Of a stretch of 64,000 bases of DNA, positions 1 to 10,720 are shown one piece after another. The notes below the pieces were generated by a model, which was given only the letters and a program-made list of their open reading frames with translations, ran no database searches and was not told the DNA's origin. Position numbers and translations under genes: made by a program. The stretch is from IMG/VR virus record IMGVR_UViG_3300023184_000033, positions 1 to 64,000 of that record. One strand, written 5' to 3'. Each line of letters opens with the position of its first letter. Positions within the stretch are counted from its first letter, which is position 1. Source of the stretch: a virus.

Positions 1-170
1 CAACAGGTATGTCCACATAGACCAATTATACACCACTATAAGATAGGAGGCACCAGCCACAATGGTAATATTGTAAACCAGTATCATAAAAACAACAAAA
101 TTATTACTCATACAAATCCTATATATATTAGTATAAACACTAATATCGTTACTACTAATAAGGTTCAAAA

Positions 171-314
171 ATGTTAAAAAATATTCTCAGTTTCTTCCAA
201 GGTATGACTTATCAAAGCCGTCTAGAAGAATATGTTGCTTCTAAGCATCCACAAAACACAGGTGATGTTGAGAGATACACTTTAGAATACCAACGTGCTT
301 CATATTGGGCTTAA
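171..314 (+). CDS. small hypothetical protein (47 aa, MLKNILSFFQGMTYQSRLEEYVASKHPQNTGDVERY...), loosely DUF3563-like
   Basis: ATG at 171 after AAGG, TAA at 312-314; below the ORF-track cutoff, read manually. Confidence 0.5.
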   Translation: MLKNILSFFQGMTYQSRLEEYVASKHPQNTGDVERYTLEYQRASYWA

Positions 315-619
315 GTTTTCTTTTCCCATCTGATACCAAGAAGATTCAGTAACCACCTGCGGTAGAATGGTGGTTCTTCTTTTGTCCTAAAAACCGTTGT
401 CTCGGTATCAATCTGCAATTTCGAAGCAGATACACTAACCCAAGTATTTTCGTTACCATTCGATTGCAAGAAATATGGACTTGCACCAGTAGCACCAATA
501 TTGTTTATAGATGGCCAAGTAAGCTTTGGTCTATCACACTCAGAATAATCTAAGTCTAACTCAGGTTGTTCAGTAAGTGTCCAGAAAAATTTAAATTCAG
601 TCTGATACATGGTCGGCAA
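311..619 (-). CDS. hypothetical protein
   Basis: ORF in tightly packed minus-strand run. Confidence 0.55.
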   Translation of the reverse strand: MPTMYQTEFKFFWTLTEQPELDLDYSECDRPKLTWPSINNIGATGASPYFLQSNGNENTWVSVSASKLQIDTETTVFRTKEEPPFYRRWLLNLLGIRWEKKT

Positions 620-869
620 CCGGACTACGTTTACTTAAATACGCATCTGCATATTTTCTCTTAGATTCTTCCACATCATAACCAACCGGTTTGAATAAAG
701 CTGGATACAGAGGGTGAAGAAGTTTCTCAGTAATTCGTTTTGAATATTCTTCGAGTACTTCCACTTCGTTTTTTCCTTTAGAGATTAATCGCATAGCTCT
801 TTCCATTTCAAACTTTATAACTTTTTCGGACCATTCTGAAAATGATTCGTCATTGTAGGTTAGTTGCAT
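597..869 (-). CDS. stand-alone glutamyl-tRNA reductase (HemA) dimerisation-domain-like protein
   Basis: EMERAMRLISKGKNEVEVLEEYSKRITEKLLHP resembles the HemA C-terminal helices (EL.RA...L..G.....VL...A..LT.KLLH.P). Confidence 0.6.
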   Translation of the reverse strand: MQLTYNDESFSEWSEKVIKFEMERAMRLISKGKNEVEVLEEYSKRITEKLLHPLYPALFKPVGYDVEESKRKYADAYLSKRSPVADHVSD

Positions 870-1161
870 TGGCTTCTGGAAGCGCTTGGAAAACAGTTGA
901 CCATTGCTTTAGTTTCTCAACTTTAGCAACAGCTGCAAAGTCTACGGATTCAACTGAAATAATACCCAAGTCCATCATAATATCCACCATAGCAACCAAG
1001 TCACCAACCTCTTCTTCTAAGTGTTGACGATTGGTTTTAGGTTTACCTGGTTTGATATTATCCATACCAAATCGGTTACACTTACTAATCGCTTGAATAA
1101 CTTCAGCACACTCTTCAGCCAAAATGGCCATCACTTCTTCTTCTTGATTCATATTAATCAC
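850..1161 (-). CDS. MazG-like NTP pyrophosphohydrolase
   Basis: EECAEVIQ...EEEVGDL acidic helix motifs. Confidence 0.8.
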   Translation of the reverse strand: MINMNQEEEVMAILAEECAEVIQAISKCNRFGMDNIKPGKPKTNRQHLEEEVGDLVAMVDIMMDLGIISVESVDFAAVAKVEKLKQWSTVFQALPEANATNLQ

Positions 1162-1366
1162 TCAACAATTGTTGTTTTTCTAAAATAAAGGATTCTGCAA
1201 AGTCTTCAGCTGCATCCAATGTCGGTAATGTTTCACGATAAAAGAATTTATTGTTCACATACAAATTAACCAGGTAACCTAGGTCAGTATCGTATACCAA
1301 TGCTTTCTTATCGGCGGTTGTTGAATTGTGTTCAGATAACAGTATCATTATTTCCTCCATTAACAT
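1154..1366 (-). CDS. hypothetical protein
   Basis: ORF; ends AEDFAESFI, similar to neighbour's AEDLAANYV. Confidence 0.55.
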   Translation of the reverse strand: MLMEEIMILLSEHNSTTADKKALVYDTDLGYLVNLYVNNKFFYRETLPTLDAAEDFAESFILEKQQLLSD

Positions 1367-1541
1367 AATTTGCAGCTAGGTCTTCCGCATCTTCTTCGTT
1401 AAACCCACCTTCGATTCCAATAGTTTCACCATCTCTAAAAAATTCTACAAAAAAAGGAAGTACAACTCCAGTTGGTATATACAATACCTTGGCTACCAGG
1501 CGGCCACAATCGCCAACAAAATCTACAATTTCTTCTATCAT
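1332..1541 (-). CDS. hypothetical protein (possible paralog of 1154..1366)
   Basis: ORF overlapping the upstream stop codon. Confidence 0.55.
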   Translation of the reverse strand: MIEEIVDFVGDCGRLVAKVLYIPTGVVLPFFVEFFRDGETIGIEGGFNEEDAEDLAANYVNGGNNDTVI

Positions 1542-3642
1542 GCTATCATTCCAATAAATCGGTTAAGTACTACTCGGTTCATTACACGATTTTTAGTATA
1601 CTTACTAAACGCTGAAACCAAGCCACGTCTGGTGACGTTTTCTTTTACATCAAATTCTACGTCATCTTCAGTATCTAGGCTCTCGGATCTTAGAAAATAA
1701 TATTCATCAAAACCGGCAGTTGTTACTACCAAAGTTTTTTCTTTTCTAAATTTCAACTTGATAGAATCAAAGTCAGCTGTCTTCGGAAAGAATTCACGTG
1801 TTCTACTCATCTCACGGCCGGCCAACACATAAAAACCAACAACATTACAACCTGTACGTTCTTTCAATAACTTAACCAATATAGAAGTATTCTTCATTCC
1901 AAAAGAAGAATAATCCACAATCTCTTGTGATTTCGTTACAGGATCACGAATAATCATTTGTTTCTGTGAACGTGGAATATAAACACCAGGTTCATATGAA
2001 TCACTATCAGTAGATGTAATATAACCATCTGGTCGTTTGACAAACACGTTTCTCCAAGAATGACCTTCACCGTCAGTTAGAAACACAGTATTTACAACTT
2101 GAAGTTTATAATTCTTTTGAAAAGCAGGAACAATTTCCATGGCCGCCAAAACAGCTTCATTCAATGGAGTGCCACCAAGACCAAACAAATCAGAACGATA
2201 GTAACGGCTATTTGAAATTTTCAGAAGCAAGTTACAACCATAAGAATATTCTGATGCAGTCATCTTACTCGACAAGAAATTAATTAAACGGAATCTACCG
2301 ATATCGATATCACCTTCAATTGGTTCTTGATTGTAATTATCAGGTGTTTCAGATGAGAAAGCATACACTTCATAAGGAATGCTTACTTTCTTACAAAACA
2401 TTGTCAGAGAAATAAGTTGTTTAACTGTATTCTCTAAGTGGTTTGTCATCGAACCAGACCAATCAATGAACATAATCAAACCATGTGACTTACCACCTGG
2501 AATAACTGTCATTTTACGGAAGATATCTTCAGAGAATTTGTAAGAATAAATCTTGGACATGTCCAGTTCACCAGTCTTGGCAATTGAAGCACGTTTAGAT
2601 TGTTCTGCGTTTTTACGCATTTCAAATTCTTTAGCAAGATATGAAACTACCTTGTTTGTTTCTTTACGAATCTTTGCAAAAGACGTTGAGTGTGTTATAA
2701 GTTTAGCCAGTTCTGGTTCATAACTACGGAAATCTGCATACACATTCTTGTATTTCCAGATAACTTTTTCCATATTCAACTTTGGCAGGTTGCCGTAGTA
2801 ATATGCACTACCTTTTTCCGCATAAAGTTTGGTTTGATTCTTCTTAAATTCTTCATCTGTTAATGACCGGATTTCACCATCATCTTGAGATGATTCAGAA
2901 CCACCAGTACCAGATTGAAAATCACGATTTTCTTTCTTTTCGCCTTGTGGACCTTCATCTGCATTTTCATCAGATGAACTTGCATCTAAATCATATTCAT
3001 CTTCGAAATCATCATTATCATCAAATTGAAATCCGTCTTCTTCTTCGGTTTCTTCTAAACCTTCTTCAAGCATCTTGGCTTTTTTCTTCTCACGCTCTTC
3101 TTTAGCGTAGATACCAATCATACGAGCAACTTCTAAAACGTCTTCATATGATTGAGTTTTTTCAATTGCATCAACCAATACACGTTCTTGAGTATTAAAA
3201 ACAATTCCTTGAGTTGGACCACCTTTGAAAAATAGATTCAATCGGTCAAGAATATTCATATCATTAAGGTCTGCACCTTTAGTGCCAAAGAAATCTTTCT
3301 CAATCAGTTCTTTATAACCACGAACAAACGAACTACGAATACCAGGATATTTGTTTTTGATTTTACGTTCAATGCGAGCATCTTCAACCATATTAGCAAC
3401 GGCTTGCAAACCTTCATCAAAAGCAAGTTTTAAACCATCTTTAGGTGTGTAAAGTGCATGGCCAACTTCGTGAGCAATAAAAAGATCATACAGATAACTA
3501 GAAATGTCATCATCAAGTTTAGGAATAATCAAAACACGCTTTTCCACATCAAAAGATGCAGTCTGCACAGCACGTTGTTCTACGTGTAGATTTTCTGTAG
3601 CCATCAATTTAGCTAGAAGTGATTTTGATTCAGAAATTTGCA
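1538..3642 (-). CDS. CobT-like metallopeptidase / VWA-domain protein typical of large T4-like phages
   Basis: HEVGH zinc motif, acidic linker, MIDAS DWSGS, GGTPL, FLTDG; likely start MQISESK after GGAG. Confidence 0.8.
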
Positions 3643-3667
3643 TGGTTTCTCCGTAAGTAATATAGTA

Positions 3668-3695
3668 ATTATACAGGCTCCACACAAATAGTCAA
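3668..3695 (-). promoter_or_regulatory. sigma70-type early promoter TTGACT-16-TATAAT
   Basis: consensus boxes upstream of the CobT-like gene. Confidence 0.65.
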
Positions 3696-3739
3696 GCGAA
3701 TTTGTGTCAAAAACCTCTATGTTGTAAAAAAACAACATT

Positions 3740-3952
3740 TTACTCAGTTTTGGTATCTTTTACCTCAGTAATGTACAGATTTCCGTCTTTTTCTTCTACA
3801 TTTAAGAGTGTTCCCTCTTCCCAACCCATTTCCTTAAGGATTTCGGGTGGAATTGTGAGAACGCTATCACCGGATCCGTCTCCAGCGTCTTCAATTGTTG
3901 TCGAATATGTCTTGCTGTTCATCATTTTTCTTTGTCCAAGCGTGGAAAACAA
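3740..3952 (-). CDS. AbrB/MazE/SpoVT-family DNA-binding protein
   Basis: GDSVLTIPPEILKEMGWEEGTLLNV swapped-hairpin signature. Confidence 0.75.
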   Translation of the reverse strand: MFSTLGQRKMMNSKTYSTTIEDAGDGSGDSVLTIPPEILKEMGWEEGTLLNVEEKDGNLYITEVKDTKTE

Positions 3953-4196
3953 TATCTAGGCCCTGCCACCAAAGCAATTCATCGGAATCGATTGGTTTTT
4001 TAAGATAATCCATATTAGGTTTGGTATGTTCTGTCATTCTTTAGTGTCCCTTAGTGTTAAATGAAAATCAATTGCTCTGTTTAATTCCACGGCGAGCTCC
4101 GTGTTCTCTTTTACAAGAAAGAAAGCGACTTGGTCTAGGGGAACTTTTTGTAGATAGTATATAATCTCATCAATTCCTTGTAGAATCTCATCTTCT

Positions 4197-4346
4197 TCAT
4201 TCGGTGAATACATTTTTTAACTCCTTATTGGGATGTTTGACCTTTCGAGCATAGTCTACTACACTTTTATGTCTTTGTAAAGGTTTAATTGGTGTGCGAC
4301 ACACAGGACGTTGTATTTTTACAACAAAAGATATTTTTTTACTCAT
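4197..4346 (-). CDS. small basic protein (49 aa) with YARKVKH motif
   Basis: manually read ORF MSKKISFVVKIQRPVCRTPIKPLQRHKSVVDYARKVKHPNKE... Confidence 0.45.
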   Translation of the reverse strand: MSKKISFVVKIQRPVCRTPIKPLQRHKSVVDYARKVKHPNKELKNVFTE

Positions 4347-4347
4347 T

Positions 4348-4695
4348 TTATCTTCTCATGTTAGATATTTCTACAGCTTCCGTGTTATTAAACACAGGAA
4401 CAGCATTTGATTTGTGAAGTGTTGCAATACCGATGACTTTATCACCAGTATAAACTTTTGGAGGTGCTTTGGGAGCTGAACCCGTATCTGCTGAATTGAG
4501 ACTTGGGTAATATGGTGTTTCTCGGACAAAAGCTTTTGGTGTGTTAAATGTTTTAACACTCTTACTAGAGAAACTTGAACGGGAAAAGCTCGGCATTGGC
4601 TTGTTTACTTTATCAAGCCATTGCTGGTATTCCTCACGCACCTGCTTTGGTGCTAACTTTCTTTTAGACTTCTTAATTGTACCATGAATAATCAT
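4348..4695 (-). CDS. conserved T4-like phage hypothetical protein
   Basis: GIATLHKSNAVPVF motif; GGAGG RBS; own promoter. Confidence 0.7.
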   Translation of the reverse strand: MIIHGTIKKSKRKLAPKQVREEYQQWLDKVNKPMPSFSRSSFSSKSVKTFNTPKAFVRETPYYPSLNSADTGSAPKAPPKVYTGDKVIGIATLHKSNAVPVFNNTEAVEISNMRR

Positions 4696-4716
4696 AAAAC
4701 CTCCAACAGAATTATG

Positions 4717-4745
4717 ATTATAACACAGCTACATTTTAAAGTCAA
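4717..4745 (-). promoter_or_regulatory. sigma70-type promoter TTGACT-17-TATAAT
   Basis: consensus boxes. Confidence 0.7.
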
Positions 4746-4769
4746 TATGCGTGTTGTTTTTACACAACA

Positions 4770-4958
4770 CTAGTTACGGGGATAATTATCTTCATAATCC
4801 TCATAATCCTCATAATCTTCTTCCATGAGTTCTTCTTCATATACTTGACGCAATATTTTTTTTCTTGATACTGAATCAAATCTCTGTTTTCTAGATTCGT
4901 AACCGGAGTCCTCAGAAAAATCTCCGTTTCTACGAAATCTACTATCCAACTTAGTCAA
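4770..4958 (-). CDS. small acidic hypothetical protein
   Basis: ORF with AGGAG RBS, YED repeats. Confidence 0.55.
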   Translation of the reverse strand: MTKLDSRFRRNGDFSEDSGYESRKQRFDSVSRKKILRQVYEEELMEEDYEDYEDYEDNYPRN

Positions 4959-5042
4959 TTTAATTTCTCCTACTTTTTGACTTTAAAAAACAAACACCTC
5001 CCCAAACGGGGACAAAAAAAGAATTATGGAATACATTTTAGA

Positions 5043-5468
5043 TTATGGTAATAGTTGTGGAAAGGCTTCTTTAACGAATTTGTAGTCTAGTCCCTTGACA
5101 CCTTGGTCTTTTTTGAAGATACCAACAACCACTTCTGCTTCACGTGGTTCTAGGGATTCTAGTAATTGAATAATTAGTTCGTTTCGCTTTCTATCATCTA
5201 GTTTTTCTGCGGTAGCATCACCTTTTCGGAACAAATATAACTTTCTCATTTCGGTGGAAAGTTGACAAGGTGAGTTGCCGGGAATAGTTGATTTGGATCC
5301 CATATAGTTATCAGGAACATCGGTAATTTTCCATTGCCAATCTGGATGGAATGTGAGTTGCAATACATCAACAAGTACTTTTGTTAAGTTCTTTTCAATG
5401 ACTGCCATTCTCTCTTTTTTGTTCTTACATTCTTCAAACTCATCAAATATTTCATAAACATTTTTCAT
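5043..5468 (-). CDS. conserved T4-like protein next to RNase H (DUF6433-like)
   Basis: KRNELIIQLLESLEPREAEV...VKEAFP motif and synteny. Confidence 0.7.
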   Translation of the reverse strand: MKNVYEIFDEFEECKNKKERMAVIEKNLTKVLVDVLQLTFHPDWQWKITDVPDNYMGSKSTIPGNSPCQLSTEMRKLYLFRKGDATAEKLDDRKRNELIIQLLESLEPREAEVVVGIFKKDQGVKGLDYKFVKEAFPQLLP

Positions 5469-6319
5469 TAGAATTCCTCAATTACGTCCATTAAATTTTT
5501 AAGTTTCTTTTCGATAAAATAGTTCAATAAACCAGAACGTGATGCAACAGGCACCGTATCGTATGTATTTATAATTTTATCTTTTAATTCACCGGGAATG
5601 TTTGTCAGGTCAATAAGAATTTGATTACGTGAGAAACCAACACGAGCCTCTTCGGATTCCCATTTGTCAACATCTTCATTCAGATATTTTTCAATTATAC
5701 CCTTAGTGATTGCCTTCTGGCGCAAATCACGAACAAAACAATCACTCGGTGAAAAGATGTTAGGAATGCCATCACCTTTGTCACCACGAATAATCTTCTC
5801 TTTTAATTCAAGAGCAGGATTTTCTGATTTAACATACTTCTTCATTGAAGGATTATATTGTTTTACATTAGAACCATAACGTTGCAATTGTAAGAAGTCT
5901 CCATCACTAGAAAGAATTAGAATCTTTTGGTGTGGTGCATACAATGGTACTAAAGTACCAATGATATCATCCGCTTCTGCTCCCTCAACATCCACCACTT
6001 TATATGGAAAGTGTTCACGGAGTTCTTGCTTGAATTTTGCAAGCATATCAAAAATCAGGTGCCAATCCAAATCGGATTTCTCACGTGCTTTTTTGCGGCC
6101 TGCTTTATAGAATGGAAAGTATTCTTTTCGCCAGTATTTACGGTTATCGCAACAGAGTACGACTTCACCATATTCATTTTTAAATTGTTTGATGTTGTAC
6201 CGCAAGGTATTCAGAATCATATGCCGTACAAGGTCTTCTTCAATCTTGATACCTTTTTGTGCATTAATCTGAGCCATCAAACCACCAAGTAGTACTTGGT
6301 TCAAGTCAATTAAAATCAT
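5468..6319 (-). CDS. rnh: T4-type RNase H / 5'-3' exonuclease
   Basis: YWRK..FP.YKAGR, EADDIIG, SSDGDF.QL, GDKGDGIPN. Confidence 0.95.
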   Translation of the reverse strand: MILIDLNQVLLGGLMAQINAQKGIKIEEDLVRHMILNTLRYNIKQFKNEYGEVVLCCDNRKYWRKEYFPFYKAGRKKAREKSDLDWHLIFDMLAKFKQELREHFPYKVVDVEGAEADDIIGTLVPLYAPHQKILILSSDGDFLQLQRYGSNVKQYNPSMKKYVKSENPALELKEKIIRGDKGDGIPNIFSPSDCFVRDLRQKAITKGIIEKYLNEDVDKWESEEARVGFSRNQILIDLTNIPGELKDKIINTYDTVPVASRSGLLNYFIEKKLKNLMDVIEEF

Positions 6320-6352
6320 TATAAACCTTTTTAGTTTCGTGTAAGGCCTATT

Positions 6353-6706
6353 CTAACATGCACCTTTGAGATTGTCAAGCCAGTGTTTGACTATTTCTTC
6401 GGATGTTGTTGTTTTCCGTGCAATTATACCATACCAACCACTTGGTATTAAATTGGAAATATATTCCAGAGGATCACCTAAAATTGCCGCAAAGTGGTCA
6501 AGTTTGTCGAATTTTTCTTCATCTTCTTCGTGGTCCTGAAACAGTATAATATCATATAGTTCACCGACTTGGTTTCCACCAACTTTTTCACCAGGATTTG
6601 TATAACTGTTTAGTTCAACTTTTATTTGTGATTCTTCTTCTTCATTTTCAAAAAATGTTAATACATCAAAGCTTTTATTTTTGAGATGTTTTAGATTTTC
6701 TAACAT
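6353..6706 (-). CDS. hypothetical protein
   Basis: ORF in operon. Confidence 0.6.
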   Translation of the reverse strand: MLENLKHLKNKSFDVLTFFENEEEESQIKVELNSYTNPGEKVGGNQVGELYDIILFQDHEEDEEKFDKLDHFAAILGDPLEYISNLIPSGWYGIIARKTTTSEEIVKHWLDNLKGAC

Positions 6707-6720
6707 TAATTATTACTTTC

Positions 6721-7146
6721 TTATAACTGTCTTTTGCATAATTTTTGTATATGTGATTTTCTGACTCTCACCATAATCCATGTATTGTAATAATCATCAC
6801 TTATCAATGCATCACTGATAAACTGTTCTTTTGCTTCGAGATAACTACATTCACCTTTACTTTCACATAAATGTGTTATTTGACGTTTGAAATTTTCAAC
6901 ACCATGAGTTTCAACATCTTTCTTTAGTTCTTCATTTGAACCATAGTAAGTCTGCCAATCAGATGGTGCTTTATATTTCTTCTTTTTACCTTTGACCTGT
7001 TTGGTCTTAGAAAAGTAAAAGAGTTTTTTACCAATGTATTTTCGATTAGTTACTAGGTTTGTTATTAGATAAACAAACCCATAATTTTCACCAACCAGGT
7101 CTTCAGTAAAATCGTTGTTGTTGTATTGCCAGTTTATGTGTCCCAT
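6721..7146 (-). CDS. GIY-YIG family endonuclease (T4 DenA/endo II-like)
   Basis: GFVYLITN...KYIGKK, YYGS, E..EQF, YYN. Confidence 0.8.
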   Translation of the reverse strand: MGHINWQYNNNDFTEDLVGENYGFVYLITNLVTNRKYIGKKLFYFSKTKQVKGKKKKYKAPSDWQTYYGSNEELKKDVETHGVENFKRQITHLCESKGECSYLEAKEQFISDALISDDYYNTWIMVRVRKSHIQKLCKRQL

Positions 7147-7322
7147 TCCTCATCCATATCATCACTATCATCTATATAGTCTTCTGATACGGAGAGTTCT
7201 TCAATGGGTTCACCACAGAAGGGACAATGTTCTGGTAAGTCTGTTGATACGATTTCTTCAACATAAGAAACTTCATATGTTGATTCACAAGATGCACATT
7301 CGGCTGAAACTGATTTTTCCAT
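7134..7322 (-). CDS. zinc-ribbon protein
   Basis: CASC...CPFCG. Confidence 0.7.
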   Translation of the reverse strand: MEKSVSAECASCESTYEVSYVEEIVSTDLPEHCPFCGEPIEELSVSEDYIDDSDDMDEEWDT

Positions 7323-7331
7323 TTTTATTCC

Positions 7332-8318
7332 TTAATTGGCCCAAACATCATTCCAATTTCCAGAAAGAGCTCCCTTCGCATAATCGGTTGCTCTATTCTC
7401 AAAAAAGTTTGTATGTGTTGGTGCGTTAATCATTTCCTCTACCCACGGTAAAGGATTTCTTTTCACTTTAAACACACCTTTAAGTCCCAAAGAAATTAAA
7501 CGGCGGTCTGCAATATAACGAATATACTTCTTAACTTCCTCTTGCGTTAACCCTTCGATTCCGCCAAGGCTGAAAGATAGTTCAATAAACTTGTCTTCCA
7601 ATTCGACCATGCGTTCTGCAATGGTGTAGATTCTTCCTTTGAGTTCGTCATTCCATATTTCCTTATTTTCTTCTATGTAGGTACGGAATAACTTAATCAT
7701 ATTTTCAGCATGTTGTGTTTCATCTACAATAGACCATGTAACAATCTGGCCCATGCCTTTCATCTTACCCATGCGTGGGAAGTTCAACAACATAATGAAT
7801 GAGGAGAATAACTGCATACCTTCAGTAAAGGCGGAGAACACGGCAATGTGTGTTGCAGTATTTTCTTTTGTTGTATTTTTTAGTGAAAGGTCTAGAACAT
7901 AATCATGTTTCTCTCTCATCTCTGCATATTCTAAAAATTCATTGTATGTTGTTTCAGGTAAACCTAAAGTTTCAATCAAATGTGAGTAAGCAGCAATGTG
8001 TAAGGCTTCACGTGCAGCGAAACCTAGAAGCATCATTCTTACTTCAGGTTGCGGAAAGTAAGGTAGATAATTGTTGACATAACCACCAGCAACGTCAATG
8101 TCACCTTGTGTGAAGAAACGAAAAATGTTCGTGAGAAAAGTTTTTTCTTCAGTTGTTAATTTCTTCTTCCAATCCTTAACATCTTCCATCATTGGAACTT
8201 CTGTGTGGAGCCAATGACTTTGTTCATGTTTTAACCATGCATCATAAGCCCATGCATAGTTAAATGGTTTAAAATAATTTCTTTCGTCTGTAAGTTTTAT
8301 ATCGTGTTTCTTAATCAT
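7332..8318 (-). CDS. nrdB: ribonucleotide reductase class I beta subunit
   Basis: EALH..AY, EGMQLFSSF, DETQH, NFFE..ATDY. Confidence 0.95.
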   Translation of the reverse strand: MIKKHDIKLTDERNYFKPFNYAWAYDAWLKHEQSHWLHTEVPMMEDVKDWKKKLTTEEKTFLTNIFRFFTQGDIDVAGGYVNNYLPYFPQPEVRMMLLGFAAREALHIAAYSHLIETLGLPETTYNEFLEYAEMREKHDYVLDLSLKNTTKENTATHIAVFSAFTEGMQLFSSFIMLLNFPRMGKMKGMGQIVTWSIVDETQHAENMIKLFRTYIEENKEIWNDELKGRIYTIAERMVELEDKFIELSFSLGGIEGLTQEEVKKYIRYIADRRLISLGLKGVFKVKRNPLPWVEEMINAPTHTNFFENRATDYAKGALSGNWNDVWAN

Positions 8319-8560
8319 TTAATGAATTCCTGAATTTGGTCGGCCATTAGTACGCCAGTTTTACGTTTAACTTCTTTACCGTCTTCAAATAAAATTAGTG
8401 TAGGTACTCCACGAATACTATAAAATGTTGCGGCCGCTTCATCTTCTTCAATATCAATATTAACCAACTCAACTTCACCCATATCGACATGTTTGAAATT
8501 ATTTGATAACGATTTACATGGAGCGCACCATGTTGCTGAGAATTTTAATAGTTTTTTCAT
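8315..8560 (-). CDS. thioredoxin
   Basis: WCAPC, RGVPT. Confidence 0.9.
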   Translation of the reverse strand: MKKLLKFSATWCAPCKSLSNNFKHVDMGEVELVNIDIEEDEAAATFYSIRGVPTLILFEDGKEVKRKTGVLMADQIQEFIK

Positions 8561-8562
8561 TT

Positions 8563-10353
8563 TTATCCTTCACAGGCTATGCAGTCATTACCCATGGCAA
8601 TTTCTGTCATATCCAATTCTTTAATTACTTGTCTTTCGATTTTCTTAGATACTTTATCTGCTTTACCAATCTTTTCAGAACGGCAGTAGTAAAGTGTCTT
8701 CAATCCTTTTTTCCATGCCATGAAATGAATAGCATGAATATACTTAATGTGTGCATCTGGTCTAAAGAATAGATTCAGTGATTGTGCTTGGTCGATGTGT
8801 TCTTGTCTGTCTGCTGCGAGGTCGATGACCCAACGTTGGTCAATTTCCATAGAAGTTTTGAAAACTGATTTTTCATCATCAGTAAGAATATCAAGATGCT
8901 GGCAGGAGCCATCATTAGCAATAATAGAACTCCAAGCATCAGCATAAGCTTGTTCATTTCCATTTGTCTTTTCCTTTACGATAAAATCTAACCAACGGTT
9001 CTTATTCAGATGTGAGCCAGAAAGCGTATCCTGACGATAAGCGTTAGCACGATAAGGTTCAACACTAGGGCTAGTATTTCCCATAATGATAGACGAAGAA
9101 GCATTTGGAGCAATAGCCATAAGATGACTAAAACGTTTACCAGTGCCACTAGCATCTGGAGCCTCACCTCGTTCTTCACCCAATTTAAGATTCGCTGCAT
9201 CTAATTTGTCCCGAATGTTTTTGAAGATTTTTCTATTTGATACTTTTGCAACAACACTCTCAAAGGGAATTTTGTTACGTTGTAAGTAAGCATGAAACCC
9301 AAGAGCGCCAATACCAATGCTACGCTCACGTTCAGCAGAATATTTAGCTCTGGCAATTGAACTTGGAGCGTTATCAATAAAATACTGAAGAACGTTATCA
9401 AGCATTTCTGCCACATCCTTAAGGAATAGTTCATTGTCTTTCCATTCATCATAAGTTTCAAGATTCAATGAAGACAAACAGCAAACAGCAGTACGTTCTT
9501 CATTGGTCGGTAAAATAATTTCAGAACACAGATTTGATTGGTGTACTTTTAGTCCAAGGTTTTTTAACCATTGCGGTAAAAAACGATTACTTGTATCAAT
9601 AAAATGTATATATGGTTCACCTGTGTGCATACGTAGTTCGAGAATCATCTGCCACAACATCTTAGCGGAAACCACTTCTCTTATTTCTTTGGAATTTGGA
9701 TCAATCAACTGCCACGAATCATCTACTTCAGAATCTAACATGCATCTTTCAATAATGTGCATGAAGTCATCGGTAATGTTAATACCATGATGTAGATTCA
9801 AACAACGTACATTGGGGTCACCTGTTGGTTTACGCATCTCCAAGAAGGGAATGATATCTGGATGAGAAATATCTAGATAAGCAGCATAAGACCCACGGCG
9901 TGTTGTACCTTGTTTGTATGCATGTGTTGATGCATCATAAGTCTTCAAGTGAGGCATTACACCAGTAGATTTATCACTCGCTGAACGAATACCAAATCCA
10001 ATACCCACACCACCACCCATCATTGACAACCAACTAGTTTCACTAAAGTTGTTGACTAATCCTTCCGCAGTATCCTCAATGTAATTAAGGAAACATGATA
10101 TAGGCAGACCACGCTTACTGCGACCAAAAGATAAAATGGGAGTAGAATAAGAGAGCCAATGCTTACTGCTATATTCGTATAATCTCTGTGCATGTTCTTT
10201 GTTTGTTCCAAATGATTTTGATACAAATGCAAATCTGTGTTGCGGTGATTCCTCATCATCCTTCATGTACGATTCTTTTAATCGTTTAATTCCCAATTCA
10301 TCAAAAAGTTTGTCTCTTTCTAAATCGATGTTTATACCTAGGTACTCTGACAT
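8563..10353 (-). CDS. nrdA: ribonucleotide reductase class I alpha subunit (short, no ATP cone)
   Basis: SCF, SNLCSEI, APNASSS, KTLYY, C-terminal CIACEG. Confidence 0.95.
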   Translation of the reverse strand: MSEYLGINIDLERDKLFDELGIKRLKESYMKDDEESPQHRFAFVSKSFGTNKEHAQRLYEYSSKHWLSYSTPILSFGRSKRGLPISCFLNYIEDTAEGLVNNFSETSWLSMMGGGVGIGFGIRSASDKSTGVMPHLKTYDASTHAYKQGTTRRGSYAAYLDISHPDIIPFLEMRKPTGDPNVRCLNLHHGINITDDFMHIIERCMLDSEVDDSWQLIDPNSKEIREVVSAKMLWQMILELRMHTGEPYIHFIDTSNRFLPQWLKNLGLKVHQSNLCSEIILPTNEERTAVCCLSSLNLETYDEWKDNELFLKDVAEMLDNVLQYFIDNAPSSIARAKYSAERERSIGIGALGFHAYLQRNKIPFESVVAKVSNRKIFKNIRDKLDAANLKLGEERGEAPDASGTGKRFSHLMAIAPNASSSIIMGNTSPSVEPYRANAYRQDTLSGSHLNKNRWLDFIVKEKTNGNEQAYADAWSSIIANDGSCQHLDILTDDEKSVFKTSMEIDQRWVIDLAADRQEHIDQAQSLNLFFRPDAHIKYIHAIHFMAWKKGLKTLYYCRSEKIGKADKVSKKIERQVIKELDMTEIAMGNDCIACEG

Positions 10354-10372
10354 TGTTGTTGCCTTATAATTA

Positions 10373-10720
10373 TTATTTTACGAATTGTTTTAGTTCTGGT
10401 GGTGTCCATCCTTCAGGCTTCAACACTTTACCATCTAGTCTTTTGTTAACTTTTCCTGTCTGTGTGTCAATTTTAGCTAAATTGGAACGAGCAACTTCAT
10501 TCCAAGCTCCACTTACATCATAACCTTTCATGTAACAGAAACCCAAAATCACCCAAATCATATCCATACACGCATCTAGTTTTTCAACTTCATCATTCTT
10601 ATTATTTGCTTGAATAAACTCATTGAATTCTTCAACAATCAAATTGCGATACAAACTTGCATTACTAAGAGACTTCTCTTGGTCACATGCTTCAATAAAT
10701 TTTACTACATCATTATACAT
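10373..10720 (-). CDS. MazG-like / PRA-PH-like nucleotide pyrophosphohydrolase
   Basis: EEFNE, D...D, SNLAK, DGKVLKPEGW. Confidence 0.85.
   Translation of the reverse strand: MYNDVVKFIEACDQEKSLSNASLYRNLIVEEFNEFIQANNKNDEVEKLDACMDMIWVILGFCYMKGYDVSGAWNEVARSNLAKIDTQTGKVNKRLDGKVLKPEGWTPPELKQFVK

Noticed and set aside
5566-5573. TATAAATA on the minus strand inside rnh
   Set aside because: Intragenic match in AT-rich DNA; cannot be distinguished from chance.
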